Assembly: GCA_964650695.1 (NCBI GenBank)
Contig: CAZYVA010000001.1
Location: forward strand, 1,970 to 65,969
Direction: 5' to 3'
Length of the DNA: 64,000 bases
From: an uncultured Dorea sp.
GTDB lineage: Bacteria; Bacillota; Clostridia; Lachnospirales; Lachnospiraceae
Of this stretch, positions 9,581 to 19,100 are shown one piece after another. Position 1 is the first letter of the stretch. Every line of letters starts with the position of its first letter. The translations under genes were made by a program, and so were the position numbers. The notes below the pieces were generated by a model that did no database searches, was not told where the DNA came from, and saw nothing but the letters and a program-made list of their open reading frames with translations.

Positions 9581-10753
9581 CTACAATTCTTTCTTCAATT
9601 CCTTGACCGCCGTATCCATCTGGTTGTCCGCGTCCGGGTCTTCTGCGTCCGCTTCATACGCCACTTTCACATCCGGGGTGATCCCCTCCCCATTGATATT
9701 CCTTCCCTTTGGGGTAAAATACTCTGCAATGGTCAGCTTCAGGCACGTATTGTCCTCCAGGTCAAAGACCTGCTGCACAACGCCTTTCCCGTAAGTCTGC
9801 GTCCCGATGATTTTGCCCAGCCCGTAATCCTGGATAGCCCCGGCGTAAATCTCGGATGCGCTTGCACTGTTTCCATCCACAAGCACAACCATGGGTTTTG
9901 TGAACTGGTTTTCCTCATCGGAAGTCATCTCCTGCCGTTCGCCGTTTTTATCTTCGGTATAGACGATCAGCCCATCCGGCAGCATCAGATCCAGTATATC
10001 GCAGACCGTCATCAGGTTGCCTCCGGGGTTCCCACGCAAATCCACGATCAGCCCCTCCATCCCCTGTCCTTCCAGTTCATCCAGGGCATCCACGTACTGG
10101 TCGTAAGTCACGGAATCAAACTCGCTGACGGTCAGGCAGCCGATCCCATCATCCAGCATTTTGGCCGAAACCGTCTCGATCACCACTGTATCACGGACAG
10201 CCGTTACTTCCACCTCTTCATTCTTTTGTCCGCGGAGCAGGGTCATCTTTACCTCCGTCCCCCCTTCTCCCCGGATATTGGAGACGACCTCTGATAAGTC
10301 CTGCCCTGTGACCTCCTCGCCCTCTACTTTATAAAGGATATCTTCATCCAGCATACCTGCTTTCATCGCCGGCGAGTCTTCGTAAACATGAAGGATGGTG
10401 ATCACGCCTGTGTCCTTGTTCTGGGTAAGCACCGCTCCAATCCCCTTGTACTCCCCTTGCGTCGTTTCCATCAAGGATTGTGTGTTTTCTTCATCATAGT
10501 AAACCGAATACGGGTCGTCCAGCCCGCTGATATAGCCCTCGTAAATCCCCTGCTCCAGCGCATCCGCATCGACTTCCCCCAGATAGGATTCATCGATCAG
10601 GGCGCGGAGCTTCTCCAGCTTTTCTTCCGTTTTGCCCGCAACCACAGTGGAAGCGCCTGGCCGCAAAACAGCGCAGGATACCAGGCTTCCCACTGCCAAC
10701 ATAGCAAAGGCGCCGCACAGCGCCCCTTTGAAAAATGATTTTTTACTTCCCAT
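9581..10753 (-). CDS. Carboxy-terminal processing protease (peptidase S41, PDZ domain)
   Basis: N-terminal membrane anchor. PDZ-like GIGAVL...VYEDSPAMKAGML. Catalytic region VVLVDGNSASASEIYAGA...TYGKGVVQ (Ser/Lys dyad). Confidence 0.9.
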   Translation of the reverse strand: MGSKKSFFKGALCGAFAMLAVGSLVSCAVLRPGASTVVAGKTEEKLEKLRALIDESYLGEVDADALEQGIYEGYISGLDDPYSVYYDEENTQSLMETTQGEYKGIGAVLTQNKDTGVITILHVYEDSPAMKAGMLDEDILYKVEGEEVTGQDLSEVVSNIRGEGGTEVKMTLLRGQKNEEVEVTAVRDTVVIETVSAKMLDDGIGCLTVSEFDSVTYDQYVDALDELEGQGMEGLIVDLRGNPGGNLMTVCDILDLMLPDGLIVYTEDKNGERQEMTSDEENQFTKPMVVLVDGNSASASEIYAGAIQDYGLGKIIGTQTYGKGVVQQVFDLEDNTCLKLTIAEYFTPKGRNINGEGITPDVKVAYEADAEDPDADNQMDTAVKELKKEL

Positions 10754-10804
10754 ACTGCCCTCTTCACTCCAACAAACGGTCCGGTGCGATCCCTTCCGCC
10801 TGCG

Positions 10805-11986
10805 TTACAGATACGTCAACGGATTCACCGGCGTCCCATTCACCATAACCTGGAAATGCAGATGCGGCCCCGTAGAATTCCCCGTACTCCCAACCGCTGC
10901 TACATTCTGTCCTTTTTCCACCTTCTGCCCAGCGCTCACGTAAATCTTGCTACAATGCATGTAATAAGTCGCTAATCCGTTCCCATGGTTGATCACCAGA
11001 AGATTGCCGGCATTCCCGCTGTAGCCCGCGCTGGTTACGGTGCCGGATGCCGCCGCATAGATCGGAGTCCCGGACGGCGCTGCAAAATCCACGCCCTTAT
11101 GGTTGGTGCTGGCTCCCGCAGTGGGCGCCGTCCGATAGCCAAAGGTACTGGATATCCGCGTGTATCCCGGACAGGGATGGGTGAACGTCCCATTCCCGCT
11201 GACTACGGACGCACCAGCCTCCGTGCTTTGTGCGGCAGCGGCAGCGGCAGCAGCCGCAGCCTCCGCTTTCTTCCTCGCCGCCTCCTCCGCTGCTTCCTTC
11301 GCCGCCTCCAGCTCTTCCAGCTTCTCCGCGTTCGCTTCGATATCTTCTTTTAAACCGGCAATCTCGTCCACCCTTGTATCATAAAGGGCCTGTACCTCCG
11401 CTTGCTTTGCGATCAAGTCATCCTGCATACCCTCAAGCTCCGCCTGCTCCCGCTCCAGCGCCGCTTCCTGCTCTTGGACCTGGTCTACAATGTCCTGGTA
11501 TTTCGCAAGCATATCCCGGTCATAATCGGAGATCGAACTGATATATTCGGTTTTATTCAGGAAATCACTCAAATCTTTTGAGTTGCACAGAATTTCCACA
11601 AACTGGGCGTTCCCGTTTTCGTACATGTATTTGATCCGCTTTTTCATGCTCTCGTACTGGTCGTTTTCGTCCACCTGCGCTAAAATCAGCTCTTCCTCTT
11701 TTTCACTGATCTCCTCTTCTTTATCCTGTATCTTTTTTTCCGTTTCCGCTACTTCCGCCAAGAGCGAATCCAGCTTGCCGGAAAGCTCCTTTTTTTCCTT
11801 TTCCGCCTCATCTTTCTGCTCTTTCAGCTCTTTCCCCTCTTTTTTAGCGTCGCTGATCCCCTCTTCGGCTTCCTCTATCTTTGCGTCCAAATCTTCATCT
11901 TCTGCATCAGCAGCCCGTACCTCCCCTGCCAGCCCTATACAGAATATGCATACCATCAAAAAACTGATGACCTTCTTTCCCCACAT
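10805..11986 (-). CDS. Secreted peptidoglycan DD-metalloendopeptidase (M23) with a long N-terminal coiled coil (EnvC/PcsB-like architecture)
   Basis: Signal peptide, ~230 aa of E/K-rich heptad-like sequence, then a poly-Ala tract. C-terminal HKGVDFAAPSGTPIYAAASGTV...HGNGLATYYMHCS...GSTGNSTGPHLHFQV carries the HxxxD and HxH M23 motifs. Confidence 0.88.
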   Translation of the reverse strand: MWGKKVISFLMVCIFCIGLAGEVRAADAEDEDLDAKIEEAEEGISDAKKEGKELKEQKDEAEKEKKELSGKLDSLLAEVAETEKKIQDKEEEISEKEEELILAQVDENDQYESMKKRIKYMYENGNAQFVEILCNSKDLSDFLNKTEYISSISDYDRDMLAKYQDIVDQVQEQEAALEREQAELEGMQDDLIAKQAEVQALYDTRVDEIAGLKEDIEANAEKLEELEAAKEAAEEAARKKAEAAAAAAAAAAQSTEAGASVVSGNGTFTHPCPGYTRISSTFGYRTAPTAGASTNHKGVDFAAPSGTPIYAAASGTVTSAGYSGNAGNLLVINHGNGLATYYMHCSKIYVSAGQKVEKGQNVAAVGSTGNSTGPHLHFQVMVNGTPVNPLTYL

Positions 11987-12090
11987 CTTATACTCCCCTT
12001 ACTATGAACTTGTCGATGCGTTACCGATACCTTAAAACTATACTATGATGGCCTTGCGGAATCCGTGAACCCCTTCCTGCGATGGCCGCC

Positions 12091-12999
12091 CTATACCCGT
12101 AAATGCTTGCGGATCGTGAAGAAACTCCCGATAAAACCGATGCCAATCCCCAGCGCAAGCCCTATCGGAAGAAGTGTCCGGTAAATCGTCGTCACAGGCA
12201 AAAATTCCACGATGTTTTTCAGGAGGCTGAACTTCGTCATGATATAAGACACCGCTTTATCATACATAAAATACAGAAGCACCAGCGGGATCAACGCCCC
12301 CAAAAATCCGATGACCAGCCCTTCTATCACAAACGGCGCACGGACAAACCCATCCTTGGCCCCGATATATTTCATGATCGCGATCTCCTCCCGCCGGACC
12401 GTGATGCCCATCGTGACCGTGTTACTGATCAGGAAAACGGACACGACCAGAAGGATCACGATAATGACTGCCGATACATAGTAGACCAGCTTGTTCACGC
12501 TGGTTAATGTCTTTGCGACCACATCCGATTTATTGACCATCCGTACCCCGTCCAGGCTCTCCGCGTAGGCAACGACCTCCTTCTGCTTGGATACGTCTTC
12601 CATGTAAACCTCATAGTTGTCGGAATTTGCCAACGGATTGTCGTTCTTAAAGCCTTCCGCCGCATCCTTGGACTCTCCGAAATAGTCGTCCTGGAAACTC
12701 TCCCATGCCTCCTCCGCGCTGACGTAGGTCACTTCCAGGACGCCGTCCTTCTGCTTCAGGGCTTCCCCGATCGCATCCTTCTGTTCCTGCGTTGCGTCCT
12801 CGTTGAAAAAAACGGTGATTGCCACCCCTTCCTCTGCTTTTTCCACGATATAGCTGAAATTCGTGACAATCGAAAAAAACAGGCCGAACAGGAAAATACA
12901 CGCTACCATCGTAGCGATAGACGCAAGAGAAAACATCTTGTTCCTCCCGATGTTCTTAAACCCTTGTTTCATCGAATACCCTACCGTACTGATTCTCAT
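12091..12999 (-). CDS. ftsX: Cell-division permease-like protein FtsX
   Basis: MKQGFKNIGRNKMFSLASI start, a large extracytoplasmic loop, and 3 C-terminal TM helices with a REEIAIMKYIGA-type motif. 1-nt overlap with ftsE. Confidence 0.9.
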   Translation of the reverse strand: MRISTVGYSMKQGFKNIGRNKMFSLASIATMVACIFLFGLFFSIVTNFSYIVEKAEEGVAITVFFNEDATQEQKDAIGEALKQKDGVLEVTYVSAEEAWESFQDDYFGESKDAAEGFKNDNPLANSDNYEVYMEDVSKQKEVVAYAESLDGVRMVNKSDVVAKTLTSVNKLVYYVSAVIIVILLVVSVFLISNTVTMGITVRREEIAIMKYIGAKDGFVRAPFVIEGLVIGFLGALIPLVLLYFMYDKAVSYIMTKFSLLKNIVEFLPVTTIYRTLLPIGLALGIGIGFIGSFFTIRKHLRV

Positions 13000-13676
13000 T
13001 AGTTATACCCACCTTTTTTCTCGTCGCTTACAATCACACCTTTTTTCATTGTAACGACACGTTTTTTCATTTCGTTGACAATTTCCTGGTTGTGCGTCAC
13101 TACAAGGACCGTCGTCCCACGGTCGTTGGCCTCTTCCAAAAGCTTCATGATCTCCCATGAATTGGTCGGGTCCAGGTTTCCCGTCGGCTCGTCTGCCAGA
13201 AGGATCGCCGGTTCATTCACGATCGCCCTCGCGATCGCCACCCGCTGCTGCTCCCCGCCGGACAATTCTTTCGGATATGCCTTGTACTTTTGCGCCAGCC
13301 CAACAAGAGACAAGGCTGCCGGCACTTTCTTACGGATGATCCGCGGCGAGATCTCCGTAACCCTCTGCGCGAATGCAATGTTCTCATAGATATTCCGGTC
13401 TTTTAAAAGCCGGAAATCCTGAAAAACAACCCCCAGGTTCCTACGGTACATCGGGATCCGCCGGTGACGCATCCTGCCCAGGTTCTGCCCGTTCACAATA
13501 ATCGTGCCGGACGTGGGCTCCAGCTCCTTCATGATCAGATGGATCAGGGTCGATTTCCCGGAACCGCTGTCCCCTACAATAAACACAAACTCGCCTTTTT
13601 CCACGTTCAGGTTGACTCCGTTCAAAGCAGGGACGCCTTTCGTGTATTCCTTTGTCACCTCATTTAATTCAATCAT
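12999..13676 (-). CDS. ftsE: Cell-division ATP-binding protein FtsE
   Basis: Walker A GDSGSGKST, IPMYRRNLGVVFQDF, LSGGEQQRVAIARA, Walker [14 protein letters not shown] and H-loop VTHN. Lies immediately upstream of ftsX. Confidence 0.93.
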   Translation of the reverse strand: MIELNEVTKEYTKGVPALNGVNLNVEKGEFVFIVGDSGSGKSTLIHLIMKELEPTSGTIIVNGQNLGRMRHRRIPMYRRNLGVVFQDFRLLKDRNIYENIAFAQRVTEISPRIIRKKVPAALSLVGLAQKYKAYPKELSGGEQQRVAIARAIVNEPAILLADEPTGNLDPTNSWEIMKLLEEANDRGTTVLVVTHNQEIVNEMKKRVVTMKKGVIVSDEKKGGYN

Positions 13677-13730
13677 ACACTCCTCCTGATTGATCCATGC
13701 GCCGCGATCTGGCTGCGCCGGACCAACACA

Positions 13731-14819
13731 TCAATACTCTTCTGCCTCCATATACTTCATATATTTCACAACCATCAGCGCGATCTTGAATATGATCGCA
13801 TCCTCGAACACCCGAAGGTCAAGCCCGGTGCCCTTCTGCAGCTTATCCAGCCGGTAGACCAGCGTATTGCGGTGGATGTAGAGCTGCCTGGAAGTCTCGG
13901 ACACATTCAGGTTGTTCTCAAAAAATTTATTGATCGTCGTCAATGTCTCTTCATCAAAATCATCCGGCGACTTCCCGTCAAAAATCTCCCGGATAAACAT
14001 TTTACACAGAGGGATGGGAAGCTGGTAAATCAGGCGGCCGATCCCAAGCGTGCTGTACGCGATCACTTTCTTTTCCCCGAAAAAGATCTTGCCGACGTCC
14101 AGCGCAAGCTTCGCTTCTTTGTAGGATTTGGAAACCTCCTTGATGTCATGGACGACTGTGCCGTAGGCGACCAGGACATCCCCTTCCCCGCTGCTTATCA
14201 TGAAGTCGTAAAACTGCTGCGCCGCCCGTTCCATCTCCGCGTGGCCGTCCGCATCCCCCAGCTCTTTGATGACAATGATGTTCCGTTCGTCTACAGCCGT
14301 CACGAAATCCTTTTCCTTGCTCCCGAAAGCCGTGCGCATGTTATCTAAAGCTGTGCTGTCCTTTTCATGGTTCGTCTCAATAATAAAGACCACCCGCCGC
14401 GCCTCTGTGTCAATATGCAGTTTCTTGGCGCGGTTATAAATATCCACCAGAAGCAGGTTGTCCAGGAGAAGGTTTTTCATAAAGTTGTCCTTGTCAAACC
14501 GCTCCTTGTATGCCACCAACAGGCCCTGGATCTGGAAAGCTGCCATCTTGCCTATCATATAAACATCATCGCTGCCGCCGTTCGCCAGCAGTATGTATTC
14601 CAGGCGGTGTTCATCAAAAACCTTAAAAAACTGGTCGCCCCGCACCACCTGGCTGTCCGCAGGAGAATTCACAAAAGACGCTACTTCTTCTTCATAGTTT
14701 TTCTGTTCCGCGAAAGTACTTGCCAGAGGTTTGCCGTCGGTATCCATCACGCAGAAATCAATCCTCGCGATCGCTTTCAGTCCTTCGATGGTATTTTGAA
14801 GTATTTGATTAGATATCAT
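13731..14819 (-). CDS. CdaR/PucR-type transcriptional regulator
   Basis: 362 aa. C-terminal SETSRQLYIHRNTLVYRLDKLQKGTGLDLR is a PucR_C-type HTH. The N-terminal sensor-like region is unassigned. Confidence 0.8.
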   Translation of the reverse strand: MISNQILQNTIEGLKAIARIDFCVMDTDGKPLASTFAEQKNYEEEVASFVNSPADSQVVRGDQFFKVFDEHRLEYILLANGGSDDVYMIGKMAAFQIQGLLVAYKERFDKDNFMKNLLLDNLLLVDIYNRAKKLHIDTEARRVVFIIETNHEKDSTALDNMRTAFGSKEKDFVTAVDERNIIVIKELGDADGHAEMERAAQQFYDFMISSGEGDVLVAYGTVVHDIKEVSKSYKEAKLALDVGKIFFGEKKVIAYSTLGIGRLIYQLPIPLCKMFIREIFDGKSPDDFDEETLTTINKFFENNLNVSETSRQLYIHRNTLVYRLDKLQKGTGLDLRVFEDAIIFKIALMVVKYMKYMEAEEY

Positions 14820-14920
14820 ATTGCATTTCCTCCATTGATTTCAATATACATTTTCCACAACAAAAACCGCCCTTTTCCCTGAAGAAAATGCATTCATGTT
14901 TTCTATATTAATATATTTCG

Positions 14921-14965
14921 ACAAAAAAAGAAAGAGGAAATAGACGTTTTTTTGTTTATTTCCTC
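14921..14965 (-). terminator. Rho-independent terminator after the TagA-like gene
   Basis: 9-bp perfect stem GAGGAAATA (14934..14942) / TATTTCCTC (14957..14965). On the minus strand it is followed by a T-rich run (plus-strand acaaaaaaagaaa, 14921..14933). Confidence 0.6.
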
Positions 14966-15056
14966 AATTCATGCACCCAAAACCCGATTTTTTGAAATGT
15001 GCATAGTGAACAAACAAATTCCTTAAGATTTTCTTAGGAATGGCAAAACCCGCCCC

Positions 15057-15740
15057 CTAACCATCCTTTGTCCTTTTCCGCTCCACCTCTTTCCGGAAAA
15101 TCATGCGGATCAGGAAAGAAGCCAGCCTGCCCATCCCGAAAGAATCCCCGCCAATGTCCAGGGCGTCCTTCCCAACCGCCAGGCATAGCCGGGCATTCAT
15201 CCTGCACCGGTTTTTCACGATAAACTCTTCCTGCAAAGGGGACTCCAGCATCGTCAGCACACAATCCGCATCCGCGCCATTCACCGCGTTCACCAGCATG
15301 TCGTCCCTGCGGTCGGACGCGGATACTTTCGCGAGGCCCGCCATCTCAATCCCCCGGTATTTATATTCCAGATAATCCAGGATATCCTTTTCCGTCTCCC
15401 CGGAATCCACGAGCAGATAGACCCTCTTATGGTTTTTGTGGAGGTATTGCAGAAAGCCCTTTAAGAAACGGCGCTTCTTCGCTTCCGAGGCCGCGTCCCC
15501 TTCTCCGGCGCCGGCCGCCTCCAGGACCGCCGCGTCCCCCGGAAGCACCATATCGAACCGTCCCACTTCCTGCGAAAGCCCTGGGGTGTCGTCAATCTGG
15601 AGCAGGCTCTGCGCGGTCAGGAGTTCCACTGTGCTCAAACGCTCCGACTGCATATAGCCGATCAAGCATTTCAAGGCTTCCTTCGATGTGAAATTGTCTA
15701 TCTCAATATCCATAACGCTGATTTTTCCGCTCATAGGCAT
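15057..15740 (-). CDS. WecB/TagA/CpsF-family glycosyltransferase-like protein (divergent)
   Basis: 227 aa. The N-terminal I..DNFT..EAL and central YLLVDSGE...DMLVNAVNGADADCVLTMLESPLQEEF resemble the TagA/WecG family. The C-terminal part departs from the consensus I remember. Confidence 0.55.
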   Translation of the reverse strand: MPMSGKISVMDIEIDNFTSKEALKCLIGYMQSERLSTVELLTAQSLLQIDDTPGLSQEVGRFDMVLPGDAAVLEAAGAGEGDAASEAKKRRFLKGFLQYLHKNHKRVYLLVDSGETEKDILDYLEYKYRGIEMAGLAKVSASDRRDDMLVNAVNGADADCVLTMLESPLQEEFIVKNRCRMNARLCLAVGKDALDIGGDSFGMGRLASFLIRMIFRKEVERKRTKDG

Positions 15741-15795
15741 ACCCGCTTCCCATCATCTCCGGCATCTGCAGGTTGATGCTTTTCTGGTTTCTTAA

Positions 15796-15825
15796 ATTAT
15801 AGCAAACAGGTTCCCTCCTTTTCAA
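15796..15825 (-). promoter_or_regulatory. Sigma-A-type promoter candidate for the TagA-like gene
   Basis: Minus strand reads TTGAAA (15825..15820), an 18-nt spacer, then TATAAT (15801..15796). It lies about 55 nt upstream of the start codon. Confidence 0.45.
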
Positions 15826-15870
15826 TACATGTAAATAAATCTTCACACAAATTAATATTTCGGAAAACAT

Positions 15871-16059
15871 TCAGGACGGATCCCTCTTTCTCCTTGCCAT
15901 CATCCCCCCGATTCGCCCCGTCTCCTTGGATGACAGGGATTTCCAGCCCTCATCCATCACACGGCCTAAAAGCCCCAGCTCCTTCGCGATCTCGTATTTC
16001 AGCTTTTCTTCTTCTGTCAGGTCTTTTGGTATGACCGGTTTTGCTTTTTCCCTTGCCAT
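15871..16059 (-). CDS. Small acid-soluble spore protein, alpha/beta type
   Basis: 62 aa. ...EEEKLKYEIAKELGLLGRV...GWKSLSSKETGRIGGMM matches the SASP alpha/beta signature regions (KxEIAxExG and the G-rich second motif). GGAGG RBS. Confidence 0.88.
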   Translation of the reverse strand: MAREKAKPVIPKDLTEEEKLKYEIAKELGLLGRVMDEGWKSLSSKETGRIGGMMARRKRDPS

Positions 16060-16083
16060 ATGCCCCGCCTCCTTTTAAAAAAG

Positions 16084-16112
16084 AGTATTGACAGGCTTTT
16101 CGGTGGTTATAC
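16084..16112 (-). promoter_or_regulatory. Possible forespore (sigma-G/F-type) promoter for the SASP gene
   Basis: Minus strand reads GTATA (16112..16108), 17 nt, then CAATACT (16090..16084). Compare my recollection of the sigma-G consensus, GnATA-N17/18-CATnnTA. The -35 element overlaps the addA stop codon region. Confidence 0.3.
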
Positions 16113-19100
16113 CAAAATTTCCTCTCCCAGCGCAAAAGAATAGATCCAGCGTTCTTTTACCCTTTTCCCGGTAATCTGTTCCAGCGCCCTTCCATAATAG
16201 TCAAGCTGGGCATGGTAACGCTCTGCCAATTCTTTCCCCTCCAAAACCCGGTCCGTCTTATAATCCAGCAGTACCAGGGCGTCCTCTTCCTCAAAGAAAA
16301 CATCGATGATCCCTTGGATGAATACCCAATCGGTTCCCTTGTCCGCTTCCACGCCAAGCACAAACGGCTGCTCCCTCCAAAGCCTCCCCGAAGCCGCCGC
16401 CTGTCTCATTCTCCGTCCAAGAAGGCTTTGCAGGAATGCCCAGATATCCGGGATATGGACCGCCGCTGCCTCTTCCCGCGTCATTTTCCCCTGCGCGGCA
16501 AAAGATTCCAGCGCTTCCCCCACGGATTCCGGTGTGGGGTATTCCCTTTGAAAGTCGAAAAGCTCCAGAGCCCTATGGTAAACCGTCCCCTTGCGTGCGC
16601 CGTCCAGGCTTTCCTGCTGCGGGTCCAGGAACCTGGGGAGAAGCGGTACCACCTCCGGCTCCTGGTACAGCAGTTCCCCTGCCTCTTCCCCGCCCTCCTG
16701 CAGATGCGGCCTCTTTTTTAATTCCGATACCGTATACTTCATCTTCTGGTTTTGTCCCTCCCGGTACGGATACCGGTAAGTAAACTGTTCCTCGAAAAAC
16801 GCTTTCGCCTTTTCATCGTAAATCTTCCCGTCATCCCACTTTTCAAACATACTTTTGGAAAACCTGCTTTTCCATTCTTCCCTGGCATCCTTCTTTGCCA
16901 ACTCCCCCGGCGCTACGACGGAAAGGACAAAAGGCGCATCATCCCCCAGCCGTAAAAGGGCGGGGATCAGCCAGTCCCAATAGCCGCACGCCCTGCTAAG
17001 CCTCCCGAAGGAAATCGTTTTCTCCTTCTGCATACAGGCCAGCCGGTATTGCTCCATTTTTTTTGGAATGGATTTCATCGTTCCGGTCAGGATCATTTTC
17101 TCTTTCGCGCGGGTCATCGCCACATAGAGGATCCGCAGTTCCTCCCCAAGCGTTTCCAGCGCTTCTTCTTTCTGCATGACTTTTTTTGCCAGGGTCGCCA
17201 TACGGGTATGCGCTTCCAGATCTACCCAGTCAAGCCCGATCCCAAGCTTCGGGTGCAGGACCGCCTTGCTTCTCGCATCCTGCTGGTTAAACATTTTCCC
17301 AAGCCCCGCTACAAAAACGACCGGGAATTCCAGCCCTTTGCTTTTATGGATGGTCATCATCCGCACGGCGTCCGACTGCCCATCCTCCACACCGGCTTCC
17401 CCGTAATCCACGTCATATTTCTGGATCTGCTCCATATACCGCACAAAATGAAACAGCCCCTGGTAGCTGGTCGATTCAAATGTCCTCGCTTTTTCCACCA
17501 GCATTTCAATATTGGCTTTCCGCTGCTCTCCTCCCGGCATAGCGGCCGCGTAATCCCCATAGCCGGTTTCGGAAAGCACCGCCATAAGGAGTTCATGCAT
17601 GGGGGTATAAGGGACCCTCTCACGCAGGCTGTCCAATACCTGGAAAAAATGGGCGAGTTTTTCTCTGACAGAGGCGTCCTCCCCTTGCTGCGCATATAAA
17701 ACGGCCGCTTCGTGGAACGGCGCTTCCGGGTAAGCGATCCGGACAGCCGCCAAGTCCTCTGCGCCGCACCCCGCGATCGGCGAGGCAAGCGCCGCCGCCA
17801 GCGGGATATCCTGTTTGCGGTTGTTCAGTACGCGGAGGTAATCCAGGAGCACACCGATTTCCTGTGTGGAAAAATACCCCTCTTTTGTCCCGGAAACTGC
17901 CGGGATCCCTTCCTGATCCAGGACTTCCATCATCACATCCGCATATCCTTTGACGCTTCGCGTCAGGATCACGATATCCCTGTACCTTACATCCCGTAAT
18001 TTCCCCGTTGCCGGGTCGGTCACACGGAAATCCCGGATCAATGCCCGGATCCTCCCGGCGATCGCGCGCGCCTCCTCTTCCACCTTCCCATCCACGACCA
18101 GGACCTCCGTGGTAAGAGCGGTATTCTCCGGGTAATCCGCACCCGCGTAAAGGGCGGCCTGCGCGTCATAGGAGACGCCCCCCAAAGACGCGGTCATGAT
18201 CTGCCCGAAAACGGCATTGACGCTGTCAATCACTTCCTTGCGGCTGCGGAAATTTTTATGCAGGTCAATACGCTGCATATCCCCTTCATCCGTTCCATAA
18301 GTATGCAGCTTTTCCAGGAACAATTCCGGCCGCGACAGACGGAACCGGTAAATACTCTGTTTGACGTCCCCTACCATAAACCGGTTGTATTCCCCCTGGC
18401 TTTCCCTGGAAACGCTGGCCAGGATGGCCTCCTGTACCAGGGAACTGTCCTGGTATTCATCAACCATAACTTCCAAAAACTGCTCCTGGTACTCTTTCGC
18501 AATCACGGACGGCGCAGGCCCATCCTCTGTCTTCACAGTCAGGATCCGGAGCGCGTACTGCTCCATATCGGAGAAATCAATCAGGTTTTTTCCCCGCTTC
18601 TTCTGTTCAAAAGAGATGGAAAACCGGCGGACCAAATCCACCAGCTCCTGCACCATAGGATAGCATCCGGCAAATGCCGTTATCATCTGTGGGATGTCCC
18701 GCGCGAAAAATTGCTTCTGAAGATCCCCCACGATGGCCTTGACTTCCGACCGCACATACTTCACCTGCCCCATTTTTTCTTCTGAGACAGTCTTGTCCCG
18801 GTTGATGGGCATACGCACCCACCCCGGTTTTTGGATGCCCTCCGCCAATGCCCTGTAATCGGAAGCCTTGCACAAAGCCTCCAGGATTTCCATGTCTGCC
18901 TCCAGCATCCCTTCATAAACCATCGGCCCATCCGGTTCCCGGCAGATTTTGATCGCCGTGGAAACAAGGTTTTTGGCGTCCTCCAGGTAAGCCTTGCTGT
19001 TTTCACAGGCAAAACGTACAAAAGGGCTGTCCAGGAATCCTTCCTCGTCCTTGATGCCATACAACGCCTCGCAGGACGCCAGCCACCCTTCACTGTCCGG

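Noticed and set aside
15034-15264. A 76-aa minus-strand ORF overlapping the TagA-like gene in another frame. Many similar 60-120-aa nested ORFs occur throughout the track.
   Set aside because: They are nested within or antisense to longer ORFs with family signatures. They have no RBS and biased G/R/P composition.
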